Shown: positions 47,725-60,338, numbered from the stretch's first letter. The stretch: DNA of 64,000 nt from an uncultured Nitrososphaerota archaeon (GCA_963824385.1 CAWGPD010000003.1:96001-160000); one strand, 5' to 3'. The notes: generated by a model from the letters alone, not told the origin. Program-made: numbers and translations.

Positions 47725-48753
47725 ATGAAGGCTGTAATTTTATCTGGTTTACTAATTTCCATATTGTTTGCGCCAAACTTGGTCTTGGCACAAGAGAATC
47801 TTCCATCAAATACATCACTTGGAGTTGTAGTACTTGACGGAACCATATACTCTCACAAGGCAATTGATGGCACTACTATAGTATATGGTGAAGTTCAAAA
47901 CAATCTCAGCTCCCCAGTAAATGATGTAACCCTTGGTGTTACATTTATGGATGATAACTCTAATCAGGTTGAATATAAGACTGGTCCTACGCTTTTACAA
48001 GTAATCCAACCTGGTGGAATGGTTCCGTTTTCAATCTCTTCAACTAAAGCAGATCCTTCTATTTCACAAATCCAAGTAAAACTTGCAAGTTTTGAATCAT
48101 CATCTGACAGACCGACAGTACTTACAATCTCTCCTGGCACTCTACAAGTCTCTGATGCACTGATACTTACTGGCAGTGTAACAAACATGGGAGACCAAAA
48201 GTCTACCAATACCAAATTATATCTTATATCATATGACGCATTCCAGCGAGTAGTTGGCATTGGAACTTCAACTCCTGTAGATGTTGGAATCTCACAAAGT
48301 TCAGAGTTTAGTATAATATCCGATACAAATTCAAAGGCAAGAACATACATGATTGTTGCCGAGTCTGATAATTACCAATCAAAACTAACTCCTGTAACTG
48401 CTGTCAATATTTCATTGCCAGTTGTTGTAGGAAAGACTGTAGTTACTGATACTAATGGTACAGAATATGCTACAGTTCCAGTGAATGCTACTGCAAACAT
48501 AACTAGCAATCTACATTATCTTCTAAATTCTACGCAGCCATTTGTCTACTATGTCCAGGTCAAACACTTTGGTGGCCAGGCTTCATTTATTGGAAAATAT
48601 CAGGGAATACTTGTTGACTCTGAATCAACAGCCACTGTTACCTGGACTCCTCAAGTGACAGGTTCATATTTTATTGAGACATATGTATGGGATTACAATA
48701 ACAAGCCGCTTTCTTCAGCAGTACCGACAGTTAACATAGTACTTGTTAGATGA
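47725..48753 (+). CDS. Secreted FxLYD/DUF3426-like Ig-fold protein
   Basis: Signal peptide; VYGEVQN, TFMD, PGGMVPF, WTPQVTGSYFIETYVW. Confidence 0.8.
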   Translation: MKAVILSGLLISILFAPNLVLAQENLPSNTSLGVVVLDGTIYSHKAIDGTTIVYGEVQNNLSSPVNDVTLGVTFMDDNSNQVEYKTGPTLLQVIQPGGMVPFSISSTKADPSISQIQVKLASFESSSDRPTVLTISPGTLQVSDALILTGSVTNMGDQKSTNTKLYLISYDAFQRVVGIGTSTPVDVGISQSSEFSIISDTNSKARTYMIVAESDNYQSKLTPVTAVNISLPVVVGKTVVTDTNGTEYATVPVNATANITSNLHYLLNSTQPFVYYVQVKHFGGQASFIGKYQGILVDSESTATVTWTPQVTGSYFIETYVWDYNNKPLSSAVPTVNIVLVR

Positions 48754-48772
48754 TTACATCCAATACATTCTC

Positions 48773-49240
48773 ATGACTAGATTCAAGCTTGTTGCAATGG
48801 GAGGTACGTTTGATATTATACACAGGGGACACTTGGAACTTTTATGCGGTGCATTTTCTATATCAGACAAAGTGATTATAGGTCTTACAAGTGATGATCT
48901 TGCTAAAAAAAGAGGCAAGTATCCTGGAAATGATTACTCTACACGATACAAGACACTAGAGGATATAATACGCAAAAATTTTCCAAATTCTAAATACATA
49001 ATAGCAAAACTTGAAAATGATTTTGGACCTGCTGTGCTAGAAAAAGAGGTAGAGGCGTTAGTTGTAAGTGATGAGACATCATCAAAGGGTGTAGAGCTCA
49101 ATAAACTCCGAGCTGCCAAGGGTTCTCCCCCTGTAGAGGTTGTAGTAATTCCCTTGGTACTAGCTAAAGACGGCACAAGAATATCTACAACGAGAATTAA
49201 AAAGTCAGAGATTGACTCTGATGGCAACATACTAAATTGA
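48773..49240 (+). CDS. coaD: Phosphopantetheine adenylyltransferase (archaeal type)
   Basis: GGTFDIIHRGH, IGLTSD, FGPA, LVVSDET, RISTTRI. Confidence 0.9.
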   Translation: MTRFKLVAMGGTFDIIHRGHLELLCGAFSISDKVIIGLTSDDLAKKRGKYPGNDYSTRYKTLEDIIRKNFPNSKYIIAKLENDFGPAVLEKEVEALVVSDETSSKGVELNKLRAAKGSPPVEVVVIPLVLAKDGTRISTTRIKKSEIDSDGNILN

Positions 49241-49284
49241 CAAATAACTTTGAGTCGTTTCTATAAAACTCTAAAAATTGTGTT

Positions 49285-49623
49285 ATGTCATTGAAAGAAC
49301 TCTCCGAGCGAATGCTTGGCAAAATGTCCTCAGATATCACAGGTCTCAAAGACGGGCTAGATCCTGAAAATATAGCATTTTGGTACAAAAAAGTAATAGC
49401 AGAGGCAAAAGAGATGGCACCACCGTGGCTTGTTGATAAAATCAGTGTCAAGCAGGATCCTATTTTATATCTGAAATTTAATCTTGATATTTCTAAGCGA
49501 GCTGTAAGATACCTGATGATTGCAATAGAAGACAACATGGATGCCATGCCATATACTACAAGACTGTATTTTCTCAAGGTACAGGAACTAGTTACTCAGG
49601 AAATGGATAAAGCATTAGTATAA
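49285..49623 (+). CDS. Conserved thaumarchaeal hypothetical protein
   Basis: 112-aa ORF (APPWL.DKI.VKQDP, MPYTTRLYFLKV). Confidence 0.8.
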   Translation: MSLKELSERMLGKMSSDITGLKDGLDPENIAFWYKKVIAEAKEMAPPWLVDKISVKQDPILYLKFNLDISKRAVRYLMIAIEDNMDAMPYTTRLYFLKVQELVTQEMDKALV

Positions 49624-49718
49624 AAATTATAGCCGCCTTTTAGCTGACTCGTAATTGTTTCTATATTGACTCACAAAGGGGCTTTGTATTTTTACTGTTA
49701 ATTTCGGTTGGTAGAAAT

Positions 49719-49853
49719 TTATGAACGGCGAGATTTTTTCTTCTTTCTGTTTTTATTAGATTGGTAGGCAAAGAAGCCAAGTATTATGCCAATAATCATA
49801 GTAGCTGCCACTATGCCCATTAAAACTGATGGAGTGACATGAGAAGTATCCAT
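49719..49853 (-). CDS. Single-TM micro-protein (44 aa) with basic tail
   Basis: MDTSHVTPSVLMGIVAATMIIGIILGFFAYQSNKNRKKKKSRRS. Confidence 0.55.
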   Translation of the reverse strand: MDTSHVTPSVLMGIVAATMIIGIILGFFAYQSNKNRKKKKSRRS

Positions 49854-50040
49854 AGAAATCAGGTATTGAAACTAAGTTAATTAAGATTCCAATCTGATTT
49901 AATTATCAGAAATACTTTTGACTTGAATTTTGGATAAGCATTTGAGTTGAATGAGGATTTTGATAGTGATTGTGACATACTATAATTTAATGAAAGACAA
50001 GCACCAAAAGAGTTTATTACAATAGTTTAGATCTTCCTTT

Positions 50041-51118
50041 TTGGAATTGGGATCAATAGGACTTATAATGCCACTGAGTGTTATTTTGGTAATTTTTATG
50101 TCTTCATTAATGACAACTGCCTATGCAGATTACTATGAATCAGGATTTAGACTAATTCACAATCCTACCATTTATGCAATGACACCCCCGCCAGATCCAA
50201 CTATTCCAAATCTGGACTTGCAATTATTCGTGCAAACCCAATCTGCCGTACTGGATTGGGAAACGCATTTGAATCAAGGAGAAGGAGCACATCCGTTATG
50301 GAATATGAATCTAGTACAAATTCCATATTCACAGGCAAATTATAATTCATCCGCATCATCACCAGCTGACATACAGATTTTTTATTTACCCTCTCCAACA
50401 TCCACACCATCTGCTACAGAGCCAGTTGGAATTACAACATATGATTTTGTCAATCATAGGGCACAGATCATAATTTATTATGATAAAATAACAACTAGGA
50501 TAATAACAACAGAAACTGGCTATTCCAGTTATGTTTTATTTCAGTATACTCCTGTTTCATCCTACTCTGACCAATTCAGCTTCTGATGCACAACTAGGTA
50601 TGGCTATAGAACATGAGTTAGGTCACGCTTTAGGCATGGGTCACTATAAAATCTCTCAAGATGAGGAAAATAATATTATTTCAGGTAAACAGACAGATAT
50701 CCCATCGATAATGATACCAGTAGTTATTCCAGTTGGAGTTAGCGGTCTTGGCATAACCCAGAGTGACGTAATTCAATTAAAATCATTATATGGTAATAAT
50801 GGATTTGACAATCCAATTCGACCTATGCAAAATCAAGAAACGTCAATGAACAATCCTAAATATGACGATGTTAAAAATTTACTACTCACAGATATTCAAT
50901 ATGGTTCTATTACTGACTTACATTTTGAATCATCATTTTTTGCACTAGCACAGGATGGACTTATCCACATAAATTGGCAAGAAAAATCCATTGGGCATTT
51001 GATAAAACCACGTTGGTCAAATTCAATCATAACATTTTGGGCTCAAGATAAAATTTCAGATGAGGACTATGCTTCATGTTTGCAATATTTGTATGATTCC
51101 AAATTATTACAAACATGA
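50041..51118 (+). CDS. Secreted metzincin (matrixin-like) metalloprotease, frameshift at about 50577
   Basis: HELGHALGMGH plus Met-turn PSIMIP; thaumarchaeal C-terminal W...ISDEDY...QYL repeat. Confidence 0.85.
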
Positions 51119-51376
51119 CACAAATCACACTTGCATCGTAATTCTAGTTATGGATAAAATTATCATTTATAGAATTTCTAGCAAATCATAATGTATTCTA
51201 TACAGTGAATCGCTAACTACTCAGGCGTCAATTTGGGGGATTCTATTTTTACTTACTGTCAATAAACTTGTTTGGAGTTATTTTCTTTTAATTCTAAATT
51301 TCATATGTGATTTGTGAAAATCACAATTGATAAAATTATCACGAGTTAATATATTGTAAAATATATTTAATGTCTA

Positions 51377-52363
51377 ATGACAAGTACCATTTGTTATAGT
51401 ATAATTTTATTACTTGTTATAATTGGAGTTTTGATTATATCCTCTCCAGCATCTGCCCAATTGCCAATACTCCACAATCCACAACTACAAATAATTTTAC
51501 TCAAATTAATTATCCAGGGGCTAACAGTACAATTAGTGCTGGGATTAATGATGATGGAAAGATAGTTGGAATGTATCTTGATAATGCATTAAATCAACAT
51601 GGCTTTGTACTAGATTCTGGCAATTATACCTCATTTGATTATCCCGGTGCCAACAGTACAACTGGTGCGGGAATTAACAATGCAGGAGAGATAATTGGAT
51701 ACTATACTGATAGTTCCAAAATATATCATGGATTTTTATTATCATCTGGTAACTATACCAAAATTGATTATCCGGGTTCAAGTGACACACTAACTTTTGG
51801 AATCAACAATGCAGGAAAGATAGTAGGATACTATACTGATAGTTCCAAAGTACAACACGGATTTTTATTATCTTCTAACACCTACACCAGAATTGATTAT
51901 CCAAGTTCAAGTGACACACTAGCTTTTGGAATCAACAATGCAGGGCAGATAGTTGGAACGTATATTGACAGTTCAAAGATCCCTCATCAGCTTTCTACTC
52001 TCATCTGGTATCTATACCTCAGTTGATTATCCTAATGCCACAGTTACAACTAGTGCGGGAATTAATGATGCAGGAAAAATAGTTGGAATGTATGTTGATA
52101 ATTCAAGAAACCAACATGGTTTTCTACTCTCATCTGGTACGTATTCTATAACAGATTATCCAGGTGCCAATAGTACAACTAATACAGCAATTAACAATGC
52201 AGGACAGATAGTTGGAATGTATATTGATAGTTCACTAAACCAACATGGCTTTTTGTTAAACACTATAACCGTACAGACGCCTCCTGAATTTAGTCTGGCA
52301 CTTGGAGGAATAATTGCAATGTCTGCAGTTGGTGGTATAGTTTTATACAAAAGATTTGTCTAG
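51377..52363 (+). CDS. Secreted HAF/HGF-repeat beta-propeller protein with PEF anchor, two frameshifts
   Basis: About six repeats DYP...T..GINNAG.IVG.Y.DSS...HGFLL; PPEF + TM; breaks near 51458 and 51988. Confidence 0.82.
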
Positions 52364-52645
52364 CTATTCTTTAGTGATCTCTACTACATCCTCAAAGACC
52401 ACAGTCATTGTAATCTTGTTTAAACCATCTATTACTGACTGGATAAAGTCTGCAAATGCATCAGCTTGTATCTTGTCTTGAAACAAAACACTATGTGCAG
52501 ATTTGTCCTTTAATGCTATGACTATCTCATTTTCTATGATCTCTAAAATTCCGGAAATAAAAATTTCATTATCATCTTTTATGTATATTAGACTAGCAAG
52601 CTTCTGTGCCTCGTAACTGTCTGCGCATGTTATGTTTTTCTTCAT
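52364..52645 (-). CDS. Conserved thaumarchaeal hypothetical protein
   Basis: EAQKLASLI, LKDKSAHSV, FADFIQSV; directly downstream of trpS. Confidence 0.78.
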   Translation of the reverse strand: MKKNITCADSYEAQKLASLIYIKDDNEIFISGILEIIENEIVIALKDKSAHSVLFQDKIQADAFADFIQSVIDGLNKITMTVVFEDVVEITKE

Positions 52646-52647
52646 CT

Positions 52648-53764
52648 TTATTCAAACATGAATTTGTCTACCTGATCTTTGGCTTGCTCTCTTCTTTTTT
52701 GAAACTCTGCCAAGAAGGGTTTAGTTGCATCTTTTAGGTTGCCCTTGCATTCTCCGCAGAGCAATCCCCCGCTCTTGCATTTTCTTGCCCTCTCGTCTGA
52801 CTCTTTTTCTGTATCAAAAAAGTATCTTAGATACCAAAACACTGGACAGATGGCAAAGTTTGCGCCAAGACTTTTCTGAAGCTCAACAGTTGGCTGACCG
52901 CCAGTAAACGTACTGTTGATTTTTTTGTCTACTGTTTTTTCATCATCTGTTGTAAATATTGCAGTTTCTGGAATTGACGAAGACATCTTTCCCTGCATTC
53001 CTAATCCTGGTAGAAACTTGGAATGAATCTGTGCAGGTTTTGGATATCCCATCTTTTCAGCTATGTCTCTTGTAACTCTCCAGTATGGGTCCTGGTCTAT
53101 TGCTGCAGGAATCAGTACAGGTGTAGGTTTTCCTTCTATTATCGAAGGCAGAAAACATGGTGCAGCCTGAATTGGTGGAAACCCAATCATGCCAATGTTT
53201 GTAGAATTTTCAAATCCAAATACTGCCTTTAACTGTAGAATATGTAATGCGCTTTGCAATTTCAAGTGCTATGGGATAAATTCTCTTGATGTCTCTAGTA
53301 TCAACTAGAATCTTTGTCTTTTTTGGATCAAATCCTATTGCTATAATATCCAGAATATTTTCCTCTGTGAATTTTTTTACATCCTCCATTGTTTTTTGGT
53401 CGCTGTAGAGAAACTTTTCATCGTCAGTTAGCTGAAATATTAATTTGACATCAAACTTTTCTTGGAGATATTTAGTAAATATCCATGGTAATAAATGTCC
53501 CATATGTATCTTTCCAGATGGTCCCCTTCCTGTGTATAGGTAAAACTTGTTTCCCTTTTCATATTCTGTGATGATTTTATCCAAATCCCTGTGGCTAAAG
53601 AAATAGCCTAGTTTGAGCATAGGGTGAACTTCTCCAGTAATTTTTTCAATTCGTGCCTCAAGTTGTGGTGAAATTTTTTCTGTGCCAAACTTTACCATGA
53701 GTTTATCATAGTCAATCTCTCCTTCTACGCTCCAAGGAGTGACTGTAAACTCTTCAGATGACAT
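52648..53764 (-). CDS. trpS: Tryptophanyl-tRNA synthetase (extra base at about 53228)
   Basis: VTPW, YTGRGPSGKIHMGH, AAIDQDPY, KMSSS; joins as TVKAVFGF. Confidence 0.96.
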
Positions 53765-53816
53765 TCAGGGTTCAACTGGCTTAAGGTTTAAAAAGTCTTT
53801 TTGGCTTTTCCTGATA

Positions 53817-55280
53817 ATGTCTCAAGTTTTGCATCCAATTGAGCAAAAACTTCTCAAGACATTACTTGCAAAACAAAACTTGTCCCCTGAAGAACTACAT
53901 GAAATTTCAAAATTATCTATTGATCAGGTACGACGTGGAATTGAATGGTTAAAGTTCAAAAATCTAGTAAACGTTGTGGATACTGAGAAAAATTTTGTAA
54001 CGTTAGGCAAAAGAGGAATTGAAGCTCATGAGAAAGGATTTCCAGAAAGACAATTAATTAATCATCTTAGAGTATTGCAAGGATTTTCTTGTGAGATGAA
54101 TGATGTTAAAAATTTACTACAAAATGAGTTTGGTCCAGCAATAGCAAATGCCAAGAAAAATGCATGGGTTGAGATCCATGAAAACAGAATCATGCTCAAG
54201 GGGTATCATGATGTAACTTCAGAAGAAAAAATAATCAAGACTGTATCAAAAAACCCATCTGGTGTATCTGTAGATGACCTAGACAAGGACGCAGTCGAGT
54301 CGCTTAAAAAAAGACCCGAGTTTATTGTTGTTAGTTCGATAAAGTCTGCTACAGTTAGTTTAACTGAACAAGGAACTGAGACTGCAAAATCAGTTCCAGG
54401 AAATATTATGTTTGAAACTATAACCGAGACGTCTCATGTCGAACCTGATACCAAAACTGTTCGCGCAATAGATGTTGAAGCAACAGCTCCCATGGTATTT
54501 GCAGCAAAGAGCCATCCTCTACGAGATGTAATAGATGAGGTAAGAGAGATCTTTGTTAGTTTGGGATTTTCTGAAATTATTGGAAATAATGTACAGAGTA
54601 GCTTTTGGAACTTTGATGCCTTGTTTACACCACAAGACCATCCTGCAAGAGAGATGCAAGATACGTTTTATCTCAAGGATGTAAAGGCAAAAAATATTGC
54701 AGTACCTTCACAGATAAAAAAAGTATCTGATGCACACAAAAAGGGCTGGAATTATTTATGGCAAAGCGAAGAGGCAAAAAGACTAGTTCTTCGAACGCAT
54801 ACTACATGTGTAACTATACGGGAATTAGCTGACAAAAAACATGATGAAGCTAGATTATTTTCTATAGGTCGTGTATTTAGAAATGAGAAACTATCCTACA
54901 AGCACCTGGCAGAGTTTCATCAGGTAGAAGGAGTTGTAGTTGGCAAAAATGTCACACTACGAGATTTAATGGGACTACAGACTGAATTTTATCACAAGAT
55001 GGGAATTAAGAAAATAAAATTCTGGCCAACATTTTTCCCGTATACAGAACCGTCATTGCAGTCGATGATTTATAATGAAAAACTTGGAAAATGGGTGGAA
55101 CTTTTCGGAATGGGAATTTTCAGACCAGAGGTGACACAACCTTTGGGAATTAAAAATCCGGTACTAGCATGGGGTGGAGGAATTGAACGAATTGCAATGC
55201 TGCGTTATGGTCTAACAGATGTAAGAGAATTGTATGAGAACAAGTTTGGCTGGTTGAGAGGAGTACCAAAATGCCAGTAG
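53817..55280 (+). CDS. pheS: Phenylalanyl-tRNA synthetase alpha subunit
   Basis: FWNFDALFTPQDHPAREMQDTF, RTHTT, FRNE, FFPYTEPS. Confidence 0.97.
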   Translation: MSQVLHPIEQKLLKTLLAKQNLSPEELHEISKLSIDQVRRGIEWLKFKNLVNVVDTEKNFVTLGKRGIEAHEKGFPERQLINHLRVLQGFSCEMNDVKNLLQNEFGPAIANAKKNAWVEIHENRIMLKGYHDVTSEEKIIKTVSKNPSGVSVDDLDKDAVESLKKRPEFIVVSSIKSATVSLTEQGTETAKSVPGNIMFETITETSHVEPDTKTVRAIDVEATAPMVFAAKSHPLRDVIDEVREIFVSLGFSEIIGNNVQSSFWNFDALFTPQDHPAREMQDTFYLKDVKAKNIAVPSQIKKVSDAHKKGWNYLWQSEEAKRLVLRTHTTCVTIRELADKKHDEARLFSIGRVFRNEKLSYKHLAEFHQVEGVVVGKNVTLRDLMGLQTEFYHKMGIKKIKFWPTFFPYTEPSLQSMIYNEKLGKWVELFGMGIFRPEVTQPLGIKNPVLAWGGGIERIAMLRYGLTDVRELYENKFGWLRGVPKCQ

Positions 55281-56912
55281 TCACGCTTTATTATAATCGA
55301 GTAAAAAAAATTCTTGGAAAGAGCATTACTAAGGGGAAATTAATTGAGACATTGCCGTTTATTGGATTGGATATAGAAGATGAGACGGCTGATCACATCA
55401 ACGTGGAATACAGTCCAAACAGACCTGATTATTCTACAGATTATGGTATCATAACAGGTCTTCAAGGATTGCTTGGAATTAAAACAGGAATGTCTGTGTT
55501 GAAAATTAAAACTGGAAAATATTCTATTAAAGCTGATCCGTCTGTATCCAAAGTACGACCATATGTTACTGCAATAGAAGCAAGAAATGGAAAACTTGAC
55601 GATGAAACTATACGACAGATAATAACAATGCAGGAAGATCTTCACAATGGACTAGGTAGAAGAAGAAAGAAGGCATCTATTGGGATTCATGATCTTACAA
55701 AAATAAAATTTCCTTTGATATACAATACTGTATCTCGTGAGCATCAGCTTTGTTCCTTTAGAGTCGGATGTATCCATGACTGTAAAAGATATTTTAGAAA
55801 AAACAGAGACTGGAAAAAAATACAAACACATCTTGGACGGTCATGCCAAAGTTCCAATCATAATAGATTCAGCCGGACAGACAATATCACTTCCGCCTAT
55901 AGCAAACGCAAAACTAACAGAGATGAATACAAAGACTAGTAACTTGCTAGTAGAAGTTACTGCAACTGATAAAATTGCAGCTGAAGGTGTGCTTGCTGTT
56001 ATTGCAAATACTTTACAGATTGCAGGATTTGAGTTGTATTCTATTAAAGTGACAGGATCTGGAAACTCTACTCCTGTACTGAAATCTAGAGAACTTGTTC
56101 TAGAACCTGAGCTTGTAAACAAGACTTTGGGAATTGATGTATCAAACTCTGTTATTGTAAAATCTTTGAAGAAAAGTAGACTGGATGCTAAATTGAGAGG
56201 AAAAAAAATTGTATGTACCATACCACGATACAGGACTGATATCTTTGGAGTGATGGATTTAGTAGAGGAAGTTGCTTTGGGTTATGGAATCCAAAATCTT
56301 GTACCCTACAATGCCTGGTTCGGTATCTGCTGGTGAGCAGAAATGAAATTACAAAAACATTGGAGGCTTTGCGCCAAACAATGATTGGCCTTGGATATTT
56401 GGAAGTGATGAACTTTGAATTAACAGGAAAAGAGATTCTATATGACAAGACTGATAGGGAATCATCCAAAATAATTTCTGTTGCAGATTCAAAGAGTCAG
56501 GAGCATATCATCTTGCGTGATATACTTCTTCCTGGAATGCTTGAAGTGTTGTCAAGAAATATCCATGAATCCTATCCTCAAAAGATATTTGAAATAGGAA
56601 CTGTATTTGAAAAAGATTCACCTATTATAGAAAGTATTCATCTTGCTTGTCTTTGTGCACACAAAGATGTCAACTATACCGAAGTAAAATCTGTCTTGCA
56701 ATCATTGCTTAAGACTGGACTAGATCTTACATGTAACACTGTACCACAAAAGGAAAAGATGTACGTTGATGGAAGAAGTGCAGGAATGATGATTTATGCC
56801 AAAAAGTTTGGTTCTTTAGGAGAGATTGATGGTAAAGTCTTGGAGAATTTCAAGCTTCGAACTCCAGTATCTGGTTTTGAGATCAAGCTTTTCTGGATTA
56901 GCGTTTGATTAA
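55271..56912 (+). CDS. pheT: Phenylalanyl-tRNA synthetase beta subunit (about four single-base insertions)
   Basis: MPVV, PNRPDY, QEDLHNGLGRRRKKASIGIHD, ISLPPI, PRYRTDI..DLVEEVA, IFEIG; breaks near 55748, 56305, 56341, 56890. Confidence 0.94.
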
Positions 56913-56978
56913 AAAATTGTTGCAAAATTGTAACTATTAATTTAATAAATATCATACGTACCACAACTTTGATTATTT

Positions 56979-57190
56979 CTAAAACTGTCTGAATTTTGGA
57001 ATAAAAACAATAGAAAGTGTTGCAACTATCAACACAATGGCAGCAAATGGAAATTCAGGAACCGTTGAAGCCATTATCTTTGACATGTTCATTATAGTAA
57101 TACTGTGAATTGAAAAGTGTGGTACTAGAACTAACCCCTGTACTCCACTTTGAGTAACTACTATGGCAAAACTTGGATATGTGTTGATTA
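56979..57190 (-). pseudogene. C-terminal remnant of a PEF-CTERM surface protein
   Basis: YPSFAIVVTQSGVQGLVLVPHFSIHSITIMNMSK...VPEFPFAAIVLIVATL; no N-terminal part. Confidence 0.65.
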
Positions 57191-57829
57191 ATTCATCAAT
57201 TAATGTGACAGGACAATCATTTGGAAATCCTTATGCTCAAAGATTGTACGAGTTGCACAAGAAAAATTTTATGGACATGTTAAATCTGATCTATACTGAC
57301 AGATTAGCAATGAAAAGTAAAATTTCATAAAATCATTACCAATTTTGTCATTTTTTTGCCTATTATTGAAAATAGAACTGCCAAAAATGTACCAATCAAA
57401 AAAGATCTTCTCTTTACATGAATCTCTAGTCAATAAATCTTCAATCATATAATTACAATAAAAATTGGGTACACCAATATGTCATGCCGAACTTGAAAGA
57501 AAGTAATATTGCATTTGACTCTAATGATGGATTGAATTCATCTCATTCACGATCACAAAAAGGCAATGATCGATAAATTTTAAAAATAAATGGTATTGTG
57601 CTTTATCCACAAGTGTAATACAGAATCAAGATACATCCTAGTAGAATATTTCTGTGAAGATATGAAATATAAAAGTAGCGAAAATCGGCGTGTAGTGAAG
57701 ACAAGGAATACTAATACAAATGTAATTTCAAACTAAGGGCGTTAAAGGTAAGATCCGGTATTAAAAGAAATTGTAACGGAAACTATAAACCACCCAAAAC
57801 ACTTCTAGATGTTCTCAATGAGGAACTGA

Positions 57830-58735
57830 TTTCTTACAAGTTCCATACTTGCCCAAGACAGTGCACAATATGAAATGCAAGGCGGTCAAGGATACCGCGG
57901 TGGTCAAGGATACCCTGGATATCAAGGACAAGGTCACGCATACCAAACACCAGGCCAAGCCGCACAAGGTCAACATCACTTCCTATTGCACCCTAGTGGA
58001 CAGTTCACAAGACCAGGAAATTAAAGGAATATATAATAACAATGGATTTGGTAACAGGACCATGTTTGAGAATCACTTCAACAGAACCATGTTTGAAAAC
58101 CAGAACCAAACTCTGTACCAACACGAATTCAACAAGAAGTGTAACAATCCGAAGATGATCGACATGGACCACGTGGCTTTAATTTTACCGCAACCCAGCA
58201 TGACCTTGAAAGCATCACTAAAGCAGTATAAAACCAGACAAATGAGCAGAAGTTAACATTCGTAACAATCCATTAGATCAAATAACAAAACTGTCTCTGT
58301 CCAGACTACAAAAGTACTGCTGATCGATGAAAATAAACGTCAGTGCACCTAGCCAGAAAGGTCCAAAGGTAATAGTATTTAATCTCAATTCTAGAACAAT
58401 TAATCTGGCAAATTAAATAATTTAGTTAATATTGTATGACGGAAAATTAATCCATCCCGCAGCAAACGTTGATGCTGTATTACATGGAAAATCAACAGAC
58501 ACTCCAACATTTGCCGTTGTTATTACACAAAGCGGAGTACAGGTACTAGTTCTTGTACCGCACTTTTCAACTCATACGATAACTATAATGAACATGTCAC
58601 AATACACTCTCAGCACCTACAGTTCCAGAGTTTCCAACTGCTGGAATAATTCTGGTTATAGCAACAGTCTCTCTAGTTGTTGTATCAAGAATAAAACAGG
58701 TTGAAAAAATATATCCATGTTTTAGACAATCTTGA
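57830..58735 (+). pseudogene. Decayed secreted Gln/Gly-rich PEF-CTERM protein gene
   Basis: Fragments in several frames: LTSSILAQDSAQYEMQGGQGY, NRTMFEN x2, GPKVIVFNL, YDGKLIHPAA...VLVPHFSTHTITIMN, VPEFPTAG; internal stops. Confidence 0.65.
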
Positions 58736-58770
58736 TCAAGCTTAATTAGTTAAATCGTATAGTACCACCT

Positions 58771-58989
58771 ATGGGTAGAACTTTTGAACAATGGTGGAGT
58801 ACAATCCCAAAAGACCTCCGAGACAAAACTCGAAGAGGCGATGAGGGAAACAAGCCATTATTGAATCAAATAAACTGGATTTGGGTTCATAACATGATGA
58901 ATAAGAACGGAGATCTAAATCCATCTTCAGCAGAATTGCTTAGCTGGGTAACATCAGGCCAGATCGAAGCAATGCGACAACTAAAGTGA
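58771..58989 (+). CDS. Conserved thaumarchaeal small protein
   Basis: MGRTFEQWWSTIPKDLR...NKPLLNQIN...LLSWVTSGQI. Confidence 0.78.
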   Translation: MGRTFEQWWSTIPKDLRDKTRRGDEGNKPLLNQINWIWVHNMMNKNGDLNPSSAELLSWVTSGQIEAMRQLK

Positions 58990-59163
58990 AAATATAACTT
59001 ACTCTTTTTTATTTTTATTATACACATGAAACTGTTCTAGCAAGGCTTGTTTTACTCATAAATGATAAATAGAATGAAACCCAATTATTTTAATGGCAAA
59101 ATACATCTTCTTTAGTAACTCATCTGTTTATTGGAATAACAATCAAAAATGTAGCGGGTCCTT

Positions 59164-59376
59164 ATGACAGACCTTGAAAAATCTATGAGAAAGCAATTCC
59201 AGTATATGCGCCTTGGGCAAAATGTTATAGAAAATCAAAAAGAGTTGGCACAATTACAAGACTGGGCAGAAAAATGGATCATAAAAAGGAAAGGCAAGCT
59301 GACAATAACAGATGAGAATGATATCAAGTATGTCCTGGATAAATTGCGTTCATTAGATGTATCAAACCAGAGTTGA
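59164..59376 (+). CDS. Hypothetical protein
   Basis: 70-aa ORF. Confidence 0.55.
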   Translation: MTDLEKSMRKQFQYMRLGQNVIENQKELAQLQDWAEKWIIKRKGKLTITDENDIKYVLDKLRSLDVSNQS

Positions 59377-59402
59377 TATCATATTACAATTTTTAAAATA
59401 AC

Positions 59403-60065
59403 CTAGTGAATCTTGTGACCAGTCAGCCTGTTGTGAGCCTTTGCCTGCTTGCCATTTGGCAGGACTGCCTCGCACTCTTTGCATATTATCTCGCCTGTTC
59501 GAAAATACTTGGGATTTCCAAGGTCAAATGGAAAGTACTCGTATGCAGTATCTTTCTCTGAGAAGAGTTCATCTCTTAATTCTTGCATAACGTCCAAAAA
59601 TTTCTCCCATCGTTTTGCATTTACCGAATCGTTTTTCTTTGATATGATTATCTTACCTTCAAATATATCAAAACTAGAGATGCTCTTCTCAATCCAGAGA
59701 GGAGTCGTATAGTATACTATATCGTTTAGTCCAGGATTGAAGCTAGTACAGCCAACAATAAAGATCTGACAAGAAGGCTTTTCTATAGTTCCACTTGGAA
59801 ATACATTTTCTATCAAAGATAACAACTCGTACTCCCAGTATGGAAGCCAGAATGTCTCCTTTTCATCAAATCTTTTAAGAAGATAAATGTAGACGCCATG
59901 TTTTCCACAACCCCCGCCGCGCTCTTTCTCTGATGGTTTTACTATGCCGTGCAGCCTCTGAGTGTTATCAATTGTGTTTAGCAGTTCCTTGTAATAAGAG
60001 ACAACGTCTTGCTCTTTTCTCAAGGATGTATGTACGATATCATGATTGATAAAGTTCAGGATCAT
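59403..60065 (-). CDS. Hypothetical protein with C-terminal C2H2-like finger
   Basis: CKECEAVLPNGKQAKAHNRLTGH. Confidence 0.7.
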   Translation of the reverse strand: MILNFINHDIVHTSLRKEQDVVSYYKELLNTIDNTQRLHGIVKPSEKERGGGCGKHGVYIYLLKRFDEKETFWLPYWEYELLSLIENVFPSGTIEKPSCQIFIVGCTSFNPGLNDIVYYTTPLWIEKSISSFDIFEGKIIISKKNDSVNAKRWEKFLDVMQELRDELFSEKDTAYEYFPFDLGNPKYFRTGEIICKECEAVLPNGKQAKAHNRLTGHKIH

Positions 60066-60131
60066 TCTATCACAAGTGTTGATTTTCTATAGATATGATT
60101 TAATTTTAGATATGATATCTCTGATATTATT

Positions 60132-60338
60132 CTAAATTGAACTAGTAATTTTTGTAAATACTTGAGCAATGTTACCAAATAACTGACAAACCAAGTCTGA
60201 ATTTTGATCCCATTGTGGATTGTAAGTGCCTTTATCAGCTATACATAATGTATTCATAGCCATCGTTCCACCATAAAAGACAAGTGCAATTACAAAAAAT
60301 ATGCCAATAGCAAATAGAATATTTTTAGCGTTCATCAA
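60132..60338 (-). CDS. Small membrane-anchored protein
   Basis: 68 aa, N-terminal TM, Cys pair. Confidence 0.55.
   Translation of the reverse strand: MMNAKNILFAIGIFFVIALVFYGGTMAMNTLCIADKGTYNPQWDQNSDLVCQLFGNIAQVFTKITSSI

Noticed and set aside
51500..52260. About 130-bp DNA repeats as a non-coding repeat array
   Set aside because: They encode the HGF/HAF beta-propeller repeats of one secreted protein.
57849..58256. 135-aa ORF as an intact gene
   Set aside because: It crosses frames of a decayed gene; the meaningful QGGQGY segment is in another frame.
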